A stretch of DNA of 64,000 nucleotides, taken from NCBI GenBank assembly GCA_964016885.1, contig OZ024754.1, positions 22,506,001 to 22,570,000 of the forward strand. The letters are read 5' to 3'. Positions 31,651-46,170 of the stretch are shown here, in pieces (the first letter of the stretch is position 1; the number at the start of each line of letters is the position of its first letter). The notes under the pieces were generated by a model. That model did not search any database. It had not been told where the DNA came from and saw only the letters and a list, made by a program, of their open reading frames with translations. A program made the position numbers and the translations under genes. Source of the DNA: Eledone cirrhosa. Its lineage: Eukaryota.

Positions 31651-32300
31651 TGATAATAAGGGCGCTGCGGAGTTGCAAATGGGTTACATATGAAAAAAGT
31701 TTGTCCTTCATCAGTGATCTTCCAACCATCATAGGCATTTCATCGCTTTAAAGACCATACACCTCCGGTTGGTGCGAGCAACGGCTAAAAAAAGTCGTTG
31801 GGACACGTAAATAAAGGGGACGCGAGGGTAAACAAACAAAATGGTGAAGCAACAGAAAGTGAGGAAGAAAGAGACAAGTCCCAGATTTCTATGAATTTAA
31901 GTTCGGTGAAATCGTGAACGAGAGAATAAAGACCATCAAACCTGGTTGAAATGTGAGCAAGGAAGGAATTTCGCACAGGTCTAATGGGAGGAAGAAGGGG
32001 TCTGGTCTGCGAATTCGGTAAACATAAGTTCTGTGAAATCGTAGACGAGAGAGAAAAAATTCCGACCAGCTTGGCCGAGAATGTGAGAGAAAAGAATTAC
32101 TCACAGGTCAAACGGGAAGAAAGAGGAGGAGGAGAGGTAGTGACAGAGAATGAGTGAGTGAAGGGTGAGGATGAGGCTAACAGAGAGAGAGAGACTGCTG
32201 GAAAGGGTAAAGATACGTAGAACGAAAAGACGGTGTAGCAGCAGAGGAAAAAATATGTGTAAATATGATAATAAGGGCGCTGCGGAGTTGCAAATGGGTT

Positions 32301-32303
<3 letters not shown>
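31651..32303. mobile_element. ~615-bp insertion bounded by a 38-bp direct repeat, in (TA)n
   Basis: tgataataagggcgctgcggagttgcaaatgggttaca at 31651 and 32266. Confidence 0.6.
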
Positions 32304-32372
<69 letters not shown>

Positions 32373-32529
32373 TACCAGAATGGCCCGGCGTTACTCGGGA
32401 TTTGCTCTAGGGTTCTTATTTATTTGATATATATATTTATCCTTATTGAGCCTCGTGAAATAAATACTTTTATTTATATTTTGTTATTGTGTATGCAAAA
32501 ATATCTGTACACGAATATATAATTATATT

Positions 32530-33260
32530 TATATATATCAGTATGTACACGTGCATACATATATGTATACAGACGTACAGTAGTATGTATATACATATAC
32601 ATACATGCACACATATATATATATGTACGTATGGATTCACCGAACATTTATTATAATGCTCGGTGTGTTTGTAAACAAACATCCCGTATCAAGCCGTAGT
32701 GTCCAGCAACCATTGTTGCTCGTTTGTTCAACACTGACAAAGGAACGCTGTACTAGTTTCAAGCTTATTAGTTATCGTCAGCAACGTATACCTTCCTGCC
32801 AGATTGTTGAACGTATATACTTACCTTATGCATATTAACGGCTGAGTAGCCCAATTTGCATCGTAAACAAACAAACAGCCCGAATTACGCCGTACAGTGT
32901 TTAGGCAACCACGTCACCTTTTTGTTCAACACTGACACAGGAACGATGTACTAGTTTCAAGCTTATTAGCTATCGTTAGCATCGTATACCTTCCTGCCAG
33001 ATGGTTGAACGTCTGAAAGTATACACTTTCCTTATGTACATTAACGGCTGAGCAGCCTAATTTGCATATTGACTGAGTTCAGCCTAAACACAGTACGGCG
33101 TAATTCGGACTGTTTGTTTGTTTACAAACAAACAGACCGAGGATTATAATAAATGTTCGGTAAACCGATACGTGCATATATATATGTGTGCATGTATGTA
33201 TATATATACATACTACTGTACGTCTGTATACATATGTATGTACGTATACATACATACTTA
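32530..33260. mobile_element. Tandem plus inverted hammerhead element (HHRs 32745-32787 and 32943-32985, minus)
   Basis: Minus strand: acgttg-CTGACGA-taactaataagctt-GAAAC-TA-GTA-cagcgt. A second copy 198 bp away has core CTAACGA. 33080-33260 is inverted. Same family as 60675-61610. Confidence 0.8.
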
Positions 33261-33325
33261 TATATATATACATATATATATATATATACATATATATCCA
33301 TATACATACACATACACACACACAT

Positions 33326-33356
<31 letters not shown>

Positions 33357-33435
33357 CACACTCTCTTACACACACACATATACATATATATACATACACA
33401 TACACACACACACATATATATATATATAAATATAT

Positions 33436-33494
<59 letters not shown>

Positions 33495-33588
33495 CATATA
33501 TATATACACATATACACACATACATACACATACACATACATACACATATATATACATACACACACACACATATATACACACATTTTTA

Positions 33589-33646
<58 letters not shown>

Positions 33647-33826
33647 CACGCACATATACATACATACACACACACATATATACATACATATACATACACA
33701 TACACATACATACATATACATATATACACACACACATACACACATATATATATATATACATACATATATATACACACATACATACATACATGCATACATA
33801 CATACACACATACACACATATATACG

Positions 33827-33886
<60 letters not shown>

Positions 33887-34124
33887 GCATATAAACACAT
33901 AAAAATATAAAAATACACAAAGGGGAAAATTTAAGGAAACAATCAAGATATGAAAAACCATCAAATAACATAAATTAAAATTAAGTAACATAAAATACAA
34001 GTAGAGAAAAGTAAAGTATAAGTTATAAGTTTGAAAGGTAACAAAACGAAGGTAGGGTTGGGATGGGAGTGGCGCGTGGGGGAGTGTGTTTAATGTTTAA
34101 TGTCGATTCCGTTGTCATATGGGA

Positions 34125-35300
34125 TCATCGTTCAGGGGGAAGAACTGGTCTATATGACTTGTAAGTTGCATAATTTTTGTGCATGCAGTTCGGGAAGTGT
34201 TCTGAGAGTCTATTCAATAAGGGTCCTTTGGCGAATAGTATTTCGTAACTCTCGGAAATACACAGGTCACAACAATTATGGCCTCCTGTGTAAGACCGCG
34301 CTCTCTGGAGTAGTTTCCATTTGAGCATAAAGGGGATGGAGTTCCTTTTTAGGTCCCAGATATGGGCGGCGAGTGTTGTTTGGTTGGACTTGTCCGGGCG
34401 TCGAAAAGAATGGGTGTGTGCGTACCAACGGGTCTTAAAGTTGTTGGAGGTCATCCCGCTATACGTCTTTCTCTCTTCATCAGGGCCTGAGATGAAATCA
34501 CATTTGTATACAATATCCTTTGTAAGGCATTTATTGCTTAAGGGGCATGCAGCCTTATCGTGGCAGTTGCACAGGACCCCAGGGATGTGTTTCGGAGGTA
34601 GTAGACTTATTTAACTTAGTAATATTAATATTGGCTAAGTTCCTAGCTAGATTTGGTGTAGTGGAGTAAGAGCGTCTGACTGTATTCTTATTAAAGATGG
34701 TGTAGTACCTATGTTGGGTGGGGAAGTGTTTGTGCAATAGAGTAAAGAAACTTTTTGCTATAGGTGTAGATACTTCGCGGTTGAAGGGGGGGGGGGGGCT
34801 GTACCAGCTAATTTGCCTCTTCCTATTCCTCTTGGGTGGGCGTGGGGCTATTCTGAGATAAGAGATCTTATCTTTAAAACCGCTACCGGCTAGTGCTTCG
34901 TTGTAATAGGGGGTCGCGGCCCTAAAGATTGGCGGAGGCCAGAAATCCTAAAGGAGACACTTTTAACTAAATTATCTGTGATGTTCTTGGGGGTGATTCG
35001 AGTTAACGTCTATATATCTAAGGGATTGGTTAGGTTTGTGGTACGGATAATAAAGGGAGGTTTCTAAATCGAGAGTTACATCTAAGAAGTTGGCTTTAGT
35101 TAAACTCGAATCTATAGTTATTCTGAGGCCTAGGTTATTGAAGAGAGCGCTAAGGTTTTTCCGAAACCAATCGGTAGTCCTGGGGTTAATTTTATGCAGG
35201 GCAAAGAGGCCGTCATCTCGGTATAATCCGCCTGTAAGGCCTGTGAAGAGGGTTTTCATCCGGTTAAGGATAAACAGGCCCACCAGATCACTAATCTCAG
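34125..35300 (-). pseudogene. Degenerate Neptune-like PLE RT/GIY-YIG, 5'-truncated
   Basis: EISDLVGLF, GLYRDDGL, FLDVTLDL, IFNKNTVRRSYSTT, FKTRWYAHTHSF and CDLCISE spread across frameshifted ORFs. Confidence 0.9.
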
Positions 35301-35403
35301 TTTTTTTTGTTTTGTCGGAAGGGACGTGCCCCCCCCCCCCAACCACTACCCTTCCCTTACCATGACAAAATGTATAAATACCAGAAATTTACATTAACAG
35401 CCA

Positions 35404-35452
35404 GCTTTCTGATGATTTCCTCCGAATGAAACAGTTCTAGTCCTGTAGAAGC
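35404..35452 (+). ncRNA. Type I hammerhead in the probable inverted 5' pLTR of the 34125-35300 PLE
   Basis: gcttt-CTGATGA-tttc-ctcc-gaat-GAAAC-ag...ct-GTA-gaagc. Confidence 0.72.
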
Positions 35453-35552
35453 CATTTCTATATTAAATTACTTTTACTCTGCTATGTATTGAGTACCTTA
35501 CTTACTGTGGTTATCCCCGATTTAACCCGGGATCTACATATATATATATATA

Positions 35553-35989
<437 letters not shown>

Positions 35990-36010
35990 CATATATAAAT
36001 ACATATATAT

Positions 36011-36095
<85 letters not shown>

Positions 36096-36153
36096 CATAT
36101 ACATATACAATGATATTAAATAAATGGAAACTATATTTATAAAACCATATTTG

Positions 36154-36212
36154 TTCTATTATATATATTTCAAGGGTACCAAAAAACTTTGGTACGCTTT
36201 CATCAGATAAAA
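36154..36212 (-). ncRNA. Type I hammerhead (same family as 52014-52075)
   Basis: Minus strand: ttttat-CTGATGA-aagcgtacca...tggtaccctt-GAAAT-ATAT-ATA-atagaa. Confidence 0.78.
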
Positions 36213-36898
36213 TACAAAGTGTGTTTTATAAATTTTGACATAGCCAAGGAAACATACCTTATCAGTTGAATTTTCCTTGGATAGTGAATTTAAAGAACGG
36301 ATTTTTGAAAATTGTTAGGATGAGTATGCAAATGAATATGTAAATGAAGTTGAGTTATATGATTGAAAACCCGTTATTTTAAACAAATTACATTTATAAA
36401 AAAAAAAGCCTTCGTGAGTCCCTTTTTTAAGTAAAAAGAAATTCAAACACAAACTGGCGCGAAAGCTGATGTGCTTATTCACGTGACTGCATCAACCAAC
36501 TAAACTTCACTCATATCAAAAAACAACCTGAGCCCCCCCCCCCTCTCCCCTTTGTTTGAAGAACTTTGTAACGCGAACTGGCGCGAAATTTATTATACTT
36601 ATTCACGAACCAACCAAATTACTTCTCTAAAAACCTGGCATTTCGAGCCACTTTTTTCCATATAAAACAGAAGTAACATTCAAAGACTAACTAGATGTGA
36701 GAAAAACCACAGACCCTCCATCTCAATTCTACTTTTGAAAAGCAGAAGAACTGCGAAACCGGTAAAGGAACCAAATAAATATATATTATTTCAAAAACAG
36801 ACTCCAGTTGCATTTTCGATTTCATCTTTTTTCCTTATACACATATATATATATATACACACATATATATATACATATACATATATATATATACATAT

Positions 36899-38905
36899 AT
36901 AAGAAGAAATTAAAAGATGGTTAAAAACGTTCCATATATTTTATTCTGCGCATTTCAAAAACAAATATCATCCCGGGACGATAGTTGCGTTCTCATCAGA
37001 TAAAATAAGGTAACATGATATGATTCCTAAAAAAACACTTGTGAACAAGAAAGTGTTCAGTCAACATATGATAAAAAAATATAAAAGGAGAGAGAAGATT
37101 GGAAAAAAGAAGGAAGATGGAAAAGGAAAAAGAAGGAGAAAATAACGGAGGAAAAATTTAAGAAGGAAGGAGGAGAGAGAAAGAGAAAGGAGAGAGAGAC
37201 TTTTAATCGGGAAACGCTGTCAAAACTGAAAAACAGCTGTGAATAACGGCTAAAAAAATAAATATATACGGCTACGAAATAAATAAGTAAATAAATTGAT
37301 GAGGTTTATGATTACAGATATAGAAACTAGGTATATTATTTATTTAGGGTTTATATACTAAAAAAATTGATTAAGAGGTGTGAAAATGTATTATTAAAAT
37401 AAAATAAAGTAAAATAAAATTAAATGATTTCTAAGCGTAGAAGACAATATAATGTTATAGTTTGTTTAAATAGAGTGTAATTGAAAAATATGAGAAAAAT
37501 GTGTGAAGAGATATTTATGTGAAAAAATATATATATGTGTAGAAAAAAATAAATAAGAGTAGTCAAACCATGTCAAAAATTAAAAATTAAAAATTTACTA
37601 TTAAAAATTATAGATTATATATAAAAATTATAGATTATATATAAAAAAATTATATATGTGGGAAAACTATTTAAATATTTAAATATTATTTTAATCCACA
37701 AGTAAATAAATGAAAATGTTATAATTATAAAAACGTAGAAAAAGCGAAGAAAAAAAAAACGAAGAAAAAATAACATATGACGTCATAATTTGTTTACAAA
37801 GTCTACGAAGGTTTATACTGAAAAGAAAATTGATATGATAAAGGAGGAAAAATGGGCGGCTTAAAAATAGTGAGAAAAAGAATATAAAGAAACATTAAAT
37901 ATGAGCTATTTAAATATTATTTTGTATCACCAAGTAGATAAAGGAATTTGCTAGAGTGATTTAAAACGTAGAAGACCAAATAACGTCATAGTATGTTTAA
38001 AACTTTGTAGAATGTACTGAAATGTGCGAGAAAAAAAGTGTAAAAAGATATTTGTGTAAAAAATGTTAACCCTTATTCGTGGTATTTATATTTAAGTTAT
38101 CTTGTCTAGAGTTTACATTGACGTCGGGCCTTATATTGTTATTACTATGACGCTCTGGGTTGGAAGCATATGAATTATTATTTAATATTTTAGTATTATG
38201 TTTTGAGATGTTAGAAATGTTGGAAGTGGTGGAATATGAGAATTTAATGGTATGCTTATTAAAAATCTTACTATAAATATGTGAAGGAGGGAAGCAATTA
38301 TCTAACGCCCTAAAAAATAATTTAGGGATATTACTAATAAGTGAAAGAGAGAATGGAGCGTTGTACCAAATGATATTTTTATATCTAGGTCCCCTCTTTA
38401 TGTTATTGGTATGCTTATAACTAGCTATATTACTATAAGCTCTGTCAAGATTGGTTTCTTTAGTGTATTTAATTTTGTCTGGATAGCGCATTATTGTAAT
38501 AGTTGGCGTTAGCATCAAAGATAAGTTTATTCTCTTTCTCTCTCCTCCTTCTTAAATTTTTCCTCCGTTATTTTCTCCTTATTTTTCCTTTTCCCTCTTC
38601 CTTCTTTTTTCCAATCTTCTCTCTCCTTTTATATTTTTTTATTATATGTTGACTGGACACTTTCTTGTTCACAAGTGTTTTTTTTTAGGCATCATATCAT
38701 GTTACCTTATTTTATCTGATGAGAACGCAACTATCGTCCCAGGATGATATTTGCTTTTGAAATGCGCATAATAAAATATATTGAACTTTTTTTAACCATC
38801 TTTTAATTTCTTCTTATATATACTCCAGTTCTATTAACTGTTGAGTGCTACTTATCTGATATATGCATAGTTTTATTGTTCTACAATAAAACTCACTTCC
38901 TTCAT
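36899..38905 (-). mobile_element. Truncated Neptune-like PLE with ~300-bp inverted pLTRs, each carrying a hammerhead (36937-37007 minus, cleavage site mutated to AGA; 38708-38778 plus, intact)
   Basis: ORF remnant 38066-38518 (NIIWYNAPF...IFNKHTIKFSYSTT). Inverted repeat 36899-37198 / 38530-38817 plus ~85-nt tail. Motif: tattttat-CTGATGA...GAAAT-GCGC-ATA-ataaaata. Confidence 0.85.
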
Positions 38906-39042
38906 ATATACATATATATATATACATATATACACTTATATATATATACATATTTATATATAAACACACATATATATATACATAGATATATATAAATATA
39001 TACACATATATATATACATATATATACACATATACATACATA

Positions 39043-39700
39043 TCATCATCATCATCATCGTTTAACGTCCATCTTCCACGCTTGCATGGGTTTGGACGGG
39101 AATTTTCCCACTTGAGGCAAGATTGGTTGTCTTGCTCGTATAGGACTGTCTGGCGGGTTTTCTACGGCTGGATACCCTTCCTAACACCAACCACGTTTAC
39201 AGTGTGGACTGGGAGGTTTTTACCGTGTTACCTACACGGCCACATTACAGCGTGGACTGTGTGTTTTTTTTGTCGTGACACCTACACGACCTCATTTGTT
39301 TCGGATTGGATATTGTGGTACCAACATTACTTTATATTGAAAGGGGTGGTGTGGATGGGTGGGGGTAGTGGGACGGGGGTGTATTTTTGTTAGAGGTGCC
39401 TACTGACTGTAGGTTTCGCTTTGTACTTAGGCAAGGCGGGTCTTCTGTATTACTGTGTAGCGCCAAAGATCTCGGTCCAGTGACATTGTCTTGGAGAGGT
39501 GTAAGTGTGTGAGGTCGGAATTTATCAAGTCGTCCCAGGTTTTTCTGGGTCTGCCTTCTCCGTGGCTACCGTCTATTTTTATCGTCCTGCACTTTTTTAT
39601 ACAGATGCTACTTTTTTATACAGTAGTCTTCTCTCGAGTAAACAACATCTGATCCCTATTATCCCTAATTTCTCCCTTAGTTCGTTTATGCTTTGCCGTT
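39043..39700 (-). mobile_element. RTE-type LINE 3' fragment
   Basis: Minus strand encodes ...DRDLWRYTVIQKTRLA* followed by 3'UTR and a (GAT)n tail. Confidence 0.7.
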
Positions 39701-39737
39701 ATATACATATATATTTATATACATATATATATATATA

Positions 39738-40617
39738 GGAGGTGTGTCAGAAAAGTTCCAGGACTGATGTCACAAAAGATTTATTTCAAACCCAAACTTC
39801 ACACTAAGAGTTTTCTCCTTCAAAATAATCCCCCTGGATGTAACTGTAATCTTAGCTCTCTGCAGCGATCAAACTTTTTTCTTCATAATTTTATATACAT
39901 GTCCACTGTTTCAGGTCGTCAAGCAATGAGCACATAGCAGCGAACAAACTTGAAAACTCCGTCAGAAGCACTGGGATTGCTGCAGTAAATGTATGGAGAT
40001 TAGACGATGTCACGCTCACGTGTTTTGAGTGGTGCAAGAGGTTTAAAGAAGGACGCGAGGACGTGGAAGATGACGCCAGGAGTGGAAGGCCCTCAACAAC
40101 CAGGACTGAGGTTAACGTTGAGCGCGTCAAGCAGATGGTGAATAGCGATCGTCGGCTGACTGTTCGACTGATGGCAAATGAGCTCGGCATGAATCGGGAC
40201 AGCGTCTGGAAGATTCTCACAGAAGATTCTCACTGCGCGAAGATGGTGCCAAAACTGCTGAACAATGACCAGAAGGGTCGACGCATGCAAGTGTGCCAGG
40301 ACATCCTCGAGCGTCTTGAAACCGAACCAGACTTGCTAGGGAAAGTCATCACCGGTGATGAGTCATGGATCTTCGAGTACGACCCGGAGGGGATCCGTTT
40401 TGAAGACGTGGACGACATCAAAAAGGCCGTGACGACGGAACTGCGGAGGATCCCGGAATAATCCTTCCAGGAATGCATGCAAGCGTGGCAGAAAAGGATG
40501 GAAAAGTGCATTAGACTCCAGGGGGATTACTTTGAAGGAGAAAACTCTTAGTGTGAAGTTTGGGTTTGAAATAAATCTTTTGTGACATCAGTCCTGGAAC
40601 TTTTCTGACCCACCTCG
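39738..40617 (+). mobile_element. Internally deleted mariner element with ~100-bp TIRs and TA flanks
   Basis: DDARSGRP, KMVPKLL (WVPHEL-like), ITGDESWIFEYDP, C-terminal GDYFEG. TIRs 39738-39838 / 40517-40617. Confidence 0.92.
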
Positions 40618-40674
40618 TATATATACATATATATATACACATATATATACATACATAGATATATATACATATAG

Positions 40675-40965
40675 AATAAGGAGCAGATATTGCTATAGCC
40701 TGGGGTTCAAGAGCCCTCAACTCTTCAACAAGCTGCCGAGGGATCTGAGAGATCAGCATGGTGTGGATGTCTTGAAGAAACATCTCGATACCTTGCTATC
40801 CAGGATCCCGGATGAACCCACAGCAAGGCACGAGGGAAACCTAAGGGCAGCAGCAACGAACTCCCTCTTGCACCATGGCCAACCAATACAGGCTGGAGAT
40901 AAAATGTGCAGCAACAAGGGTGGAGCCCCAGCATGGCCTCAGTCGGGTGGCTGAAACAGGTAAAA
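40675..40965 (+). mobile_element. CR1/L2-group LINE 3' fragment
   Basis: FNKLP...LKKHLDTLLSRIPDEP...NSLL, similar to the C-terminus of the 46269 ORF. Confidence 0.7.
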
Positions 40966-40995
40966 GAGATATATATACATATTTATATACATATA

Positions 40996-42584
40996 TCTAT
41001 ATTAAAAAAGCTGACAGCCGTATGTATGTAACAAACTTTTCGCCAAACGGCTGGACCAAAAAGCACCAAATTTGCCCCATAGATGTAACTTTTTCCAAGT
41101 AAGAAAGTGAGGGTATTTTTGTCTTCTAAATTTCGTTAAAGATTAAAGATATTTTATCGTTTATTTAAATATTCACTTCTTTAAAATTTTCAAATGTCAA
41201 CACTTCCGGTTATACGACATTCCTCTCTCTTTCTTAGTCTGTCTTTTTAGATAGATACATAGCTATAACGTCGTGCCCTTATATCTGTCTATATGTCTGG
41301 CTATCTGCATTAGATACATAGCTATAACGTCGCACGCTTATAATATCTGTCTGCCTGGCTACCTGCCTGCATAGACTTACTTCACTTCTAACCAACTTTT
41401 AATTAATTCAGTGCAAAGATACAGCACGCCCTCTCAATAAATAATTATATATATAATTAGTAATAATAATAAATGTGAAGACTAAAATCCAAAGAAGGTT
41501 CGATAAAGATAAATATATATCAAATATATAAAAACCTTAGAGCAAATAGTGTTCTCATTACTGACGTAATATCTTCGCTTTTTTTCCCGTACATTGCCAG
41601 GGAACGTCTTCACGAACCAAAGTATCGTCTTCCTGTTTTCCTTCGGTTGCAACGTTTTTCGAAATATTTACTTCTGCGTTCACAAATTGATTTTTTTAGT
41701 TTCAGAAGATCCTGTTAAGAGTGAAAGCAGCGATTCTTTGCTTAAACTTTAATCTGTTATTTTAATATATATATATAATTATACATTCGTGTACAGATAT
41801 TTTTGCATACACAAAAACAAAATATAAACAGCAGCAAAAACAACAACAAAAAAGCGAGGGAACGCAATTACATGCTTTTGAAAAATCGTAATGGTAAATT
41901 ATTAGCCTATTCACCCACGGCGACATACACAAAAACAAAATATAAAGAAACGTATTTATTTCACGAAAGCACAGACGGCTTATCGTCATTGTTACTGCAG
42001 ATATACCACCCAAAAAGTCCCAGCCTGGCCGCAAGATCAGATTTTCCAGAAGAAAAAATTTTACAAGAGCAACAGAGAGACTAAGCGTCGCGATTACAGT
42101 CAACAAAGCTCAGAGTCAAAACCTAAAAGTGGCTGGCCATCATCTGGGAAAAACATGCTTCTCCCATGATCAATTGTATGTAGAATGCTCTAGGGTGAGC
42201 TCGCCAAATAATCTCTTCATCTTTGCCCCCGAGAGCCGAACAAAAAATATTGTATGCTCTGAGGCTCTAACAATGTAATTTATGTATTTTCAGTTACTTG
42301 GAATTTCTATTATGGCTGTACAAATTATTGTAAAGTTTGTTAAAAAATTTGTCCTCTGTTCAGACTTTATTGTTGTAACTATCAATTTTATTTAACGTAC
42401 TGGCTGCTGAACTGGGGAATCCTAAAAACTATTCAAACCCAACACCAGAACACGCTAAACCCCCCCCCCCCCCTCGCTGACTTGAAAGGGCATGCGGTAT
42501 CTTTGCACTGGAGTGAAGGGGGATACCTGAAAAGATAAATGGCCGGTATACCTAGCCGCCCGCCAGCCGGACGGACCGGTTAGT
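40996..42584 (+). mobile_element. Non-autonomous Helitron with nested family-A pLTR (41458-41765) and helicase remnant
   Basis: TC start with (tatg)n subterminal tract, PIF1 remnant, and 3' GC-rich hairpin plus TTAG near 42560-42584. Confidence 0.65.
42081..42278 (+). pseudogene. Helitron PIF1-like helicase C-terminal remnant (absent from the ORF track)
   Basis: Manual translation LSVAITVNKAQSQNLKVAG...CFSHDQLYVECSRV...TKNIVCSEALTM* matches PIF1 motifs V/VI (AMTINKSQGQ...FSHGQLYVACSRV). Confidence 0.85.
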
Positions 42585-42664
42585 GCATGGTTATATACAT
42601 ACATATATATTTACACATATACATATATGTAAACACATATATATGTATACATATATATATATAT

Positions 42665-43016
42665 ATTGTTATACTTTGGGAGGGTCATGTTGCCAATAAG
42701 AAACACACGCACCAGTTGCTTTCACTTCAATTTATTATATATTTATAAATTTATAAATTTACAAATTTACAAACTCATAAATTTCTGGTTGGTTGGTTAG
42801 TTCCACAACCAGATAGTTGTTTATATATAGTCATAGTCAATTTATAAGTTTGTAAATTTGTAAATTTATAAATTTATAAATATATAATAAATTGAAGTGA
42901 AAGCAACTGGTGCGTGTGTTTCTTATTGGCAACATGACCCTCCTAAAGTATAACAATATCGGTTTCAACACACGATTTCAGATAAAGAATCTTGCTAAAC
43001 AAATTCAGAAACGAAA
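42665..43016. mobile_element. Family-B pLTR fold-back plus ~58-nt tail
   Basis: Inverted repeat 42665-42783 / 42839-42958. The tail also occurs inverted at 63057-63115. Confidence 0.8.
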
Positions 43017-43529
43017 TATATATATATACATATAAGTATATATATGTATGTAAATATAGGTATATATATATATGTGTATACATATATATATATACATATA
43101 TATAGATACATGTACATAGATACATGTACATAAATACATATATATATAAACATATATATATATATATATATATAAACATATATATACACATATATACACA
43201 CATATATATATATACATATATATACACATATATATATACATATATATACACACATATATATATATACATATAAATACACATATACGTATATATACACATA
43301 TATATATACATATAAATATACATATATATATATATACATATATATACACATATATATATATATATATACATATATATACACATATATATATACATATATA
43401 GACACATATATATATATACATATATATACATACATATATATATATACATATATATACACATATATATATATATACATATATATACACATATATATACATA
43501 TATATACACATATATATATATACATACAT

Positions 43530-44232
43530 TTTTTCCCCTGTTTTATTGATAGCGCACAGTATATCTCTCTCTGGTGTGTTACCTTTTCAACATATTGTAT
43601 TTTAAAGAGCTCAGGATTTCTTTTCCTTTGAGCACATTATTTACAGGGAATGGCGAGGGCCTATGGCTCCGTTAATGTATCGTGATATTTCGCTCCTTAT
43701 AACAGTCTTTCCTATCTCTCTGTTTGGTTGAGCACACTTCTCTGAGTGGTTTTGGACTGCCCTTTCTAGCAACTCGTCCCTCAGAGGCCACTGGTTCACT
43801 GCCCTTAAACACACTGTGACTTCTCTCTCCCACATGTAGCTGGACAGTCACTTTTAAAATTCTCTTAGTGTTGTCTGAAATGTATAGCCTTACACACGCT
43901 GAGGAACCGAGGTTATTCCATTTCTATCAACAAATTACTGGCGAAAAAGATCTCTTTGGATTTGTACGTGTGTTATATAGATATAGAGGTATTTATTTAC
44001 GCTTTAATTTATATTTTTAATTATCGTGTCTATAGTCTGCCTTTCATAGGTTATAGATTCCATACACTGGTGGTTTTTTCCCCTGTTTTATTGATAGCGC
44101 ACTGTATATCTCTCTCTAATGTGTTACCTTTTCAACATATTGTATTTTAAAGAGCTCAGGATTTCTTCTCCTTTGAGCACATTATTTACAGGGAATGGCG
44201 AGGGCCTATGGCTCCGTTAATTTATCGTGATA
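43530..44232 (+). mobile_element. Partial tandem pLTR-like element with degenerate hammerhead at 43892-43973
   Basis: 43530-43688 is repeated at 44074-44232. Motif: acacacg-CTGAGGA...GAAAA-agatc..gattt-GTA-cgtgtgt. Related fold-back at 12367-12548. Confidence 0.7.
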
Positions 44233-44543
44233 TATATACATATATATATATACACACATATATATATATACATATATACACACACATATATATATATACA
44301 TATATATATACATATATATACACATATATATACATATATATACACACATATATATATACATATATATACACATATATATATACACATATATTTACATATA
44401 TATACACATATATATATATACACACATATATATATATATATATACATATATATGTATACATATATATATATGTATACATATATGTGTATACATACATATG
44501 TATACATATATATACATATATATGTATACATATGTATGTATAC

Positions 44544-44582
<39 letters not shown>

Positions 44583-44587
44583 CATAC

Positions 44588-44684
<97 letters not shown>

Positions 44685-44710
44685 CATATATATATATACA
44701 TATATATATA

Positions 44711-44761
<51 letters not shown>

Positions 44762-44764
44762 ACA

Positions 44765-45420
44765 TATTTGATTGTTATGGCGTATAATTTTTATATATTC
44801 TGGTATTTAGGGTTTGGCTATGTGTATACGGGAGTTTTGGGTCTGCGTGAGTATGCAGGTTCGTACGTATGGTGGGTGTGTGTATATGTGTACTTCTTGT
44901 TTTAGTTGACTTACGTCTCCGAACATTCGTGTATTTATATGTAGGTATGTGTGTGCGCTTGTTATATACGTATTTATTTACTTATATACGTTTATATAAT
45001 TATTTATTTATGTGTACACAAGCATACACACACACACACATATTTATATGCGCGTGGTTTTGTATACCTATGCGTATGCTTGTATACCGTTTTGCGTATG
45101 CTTGTGTATGTACGTATTTGTTTGCGTGTATGTATTTATTTATTTCTATTACTTCTGTACTGTATTTATTTACTTTGTTCTTAACTCTGTAGCGGAGATT
45201 CATTTGGTCTCCTAGTTAGAATTTTAGTCTACGACTTCTGCTATACCATTTACGCGGTTTTGTCTTTGCGTGCTATTGTTCTCCACGCTCCACATATGAT
45301 TTATTATGTTCGTTTTTTCGTTCATCGCCAGAGAACGTCTCTATGCACCACCTAAGAGAATATTCGTCTACGACCTCTTTTATACCATAAACGTGATCTG
45401 TCTTTGTGCGTAATTGTTTT
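44765..45420 (+). mobile_element. Family-A 3'UTR fragment
   Basis: Homologous to 21340-21968. Confidence 0.8.
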
Positions 45421-45424
45421 TCTA

Positions 45425-45963
45425 GCGAACATAGAAATAAAAATAGAATCTACACACAGAAAATACGCAATGTTTAGACAAATTACAGAGGCAATAAACA
45501 TAAAAGAATTACAACCAAAATTAAATAGAAAATATGAGTGGAACAGCAACATCACAACTTACAATTAAGGACAAAATGAAAACACACACACACATAGAAC
45601 AAACAACCAACCAGTAACATGTAAATACACAAATAAATAAATGAACATAAACACACACAGACACCCGGATGTGGCGCATGCGCAGACTGAGCACACAACA
45701 CACACACAGAAACAAAATGGCGTAGGACAGAACAAAGGAGAGGCACAGAAACAAAGAAAGGAATCCCCAGTCACTGAAGAGGTCACAGAGTGTGTGACGA
45801 AAGAACTATGACTATATATAAACAATTATCTGGTTGTGGAACCAACCAACCAACCAACCAGAAATTTATAAATTTATAAATTTATAAATATATAATAAAT
45901 TGAAGTGAAAGCAATGGTGCGTGTGTTTCTTATTGGCAACATGACCCTCCCAAAGTATAACAA
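45425..45963 (+). mobile_element. Penelope-type PLE 3' end (family B) with hammerhead at 45769-45813
   Basis: GIY-YIG C-terminus (RQITEAINIKELQPKLN). Motif: agtca-CTGAAGA-g-gtcaca/tgtgac-GAAAG-AA-CTA-tgact. Confidence 0.85.
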
Positions 45964-46170
45964 TATATATATATACATATATATATATACATATATATAT
46001 ACATATATATACATACATATATATATATATACATATATATACATATATATATATACATATATATATACATATACACATGCATATATATATATATATACAT
46101 ATAATTATATACATATATATATATATACATATATATACATATATATATACAAATATATATACATATATAT

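Noticed and set aside
31700-31745. CTGATGA on the minus strand as a hammerhead
   Set aside because: No compatible stem II, GAAA and stem I arrangement for type I, II or III.
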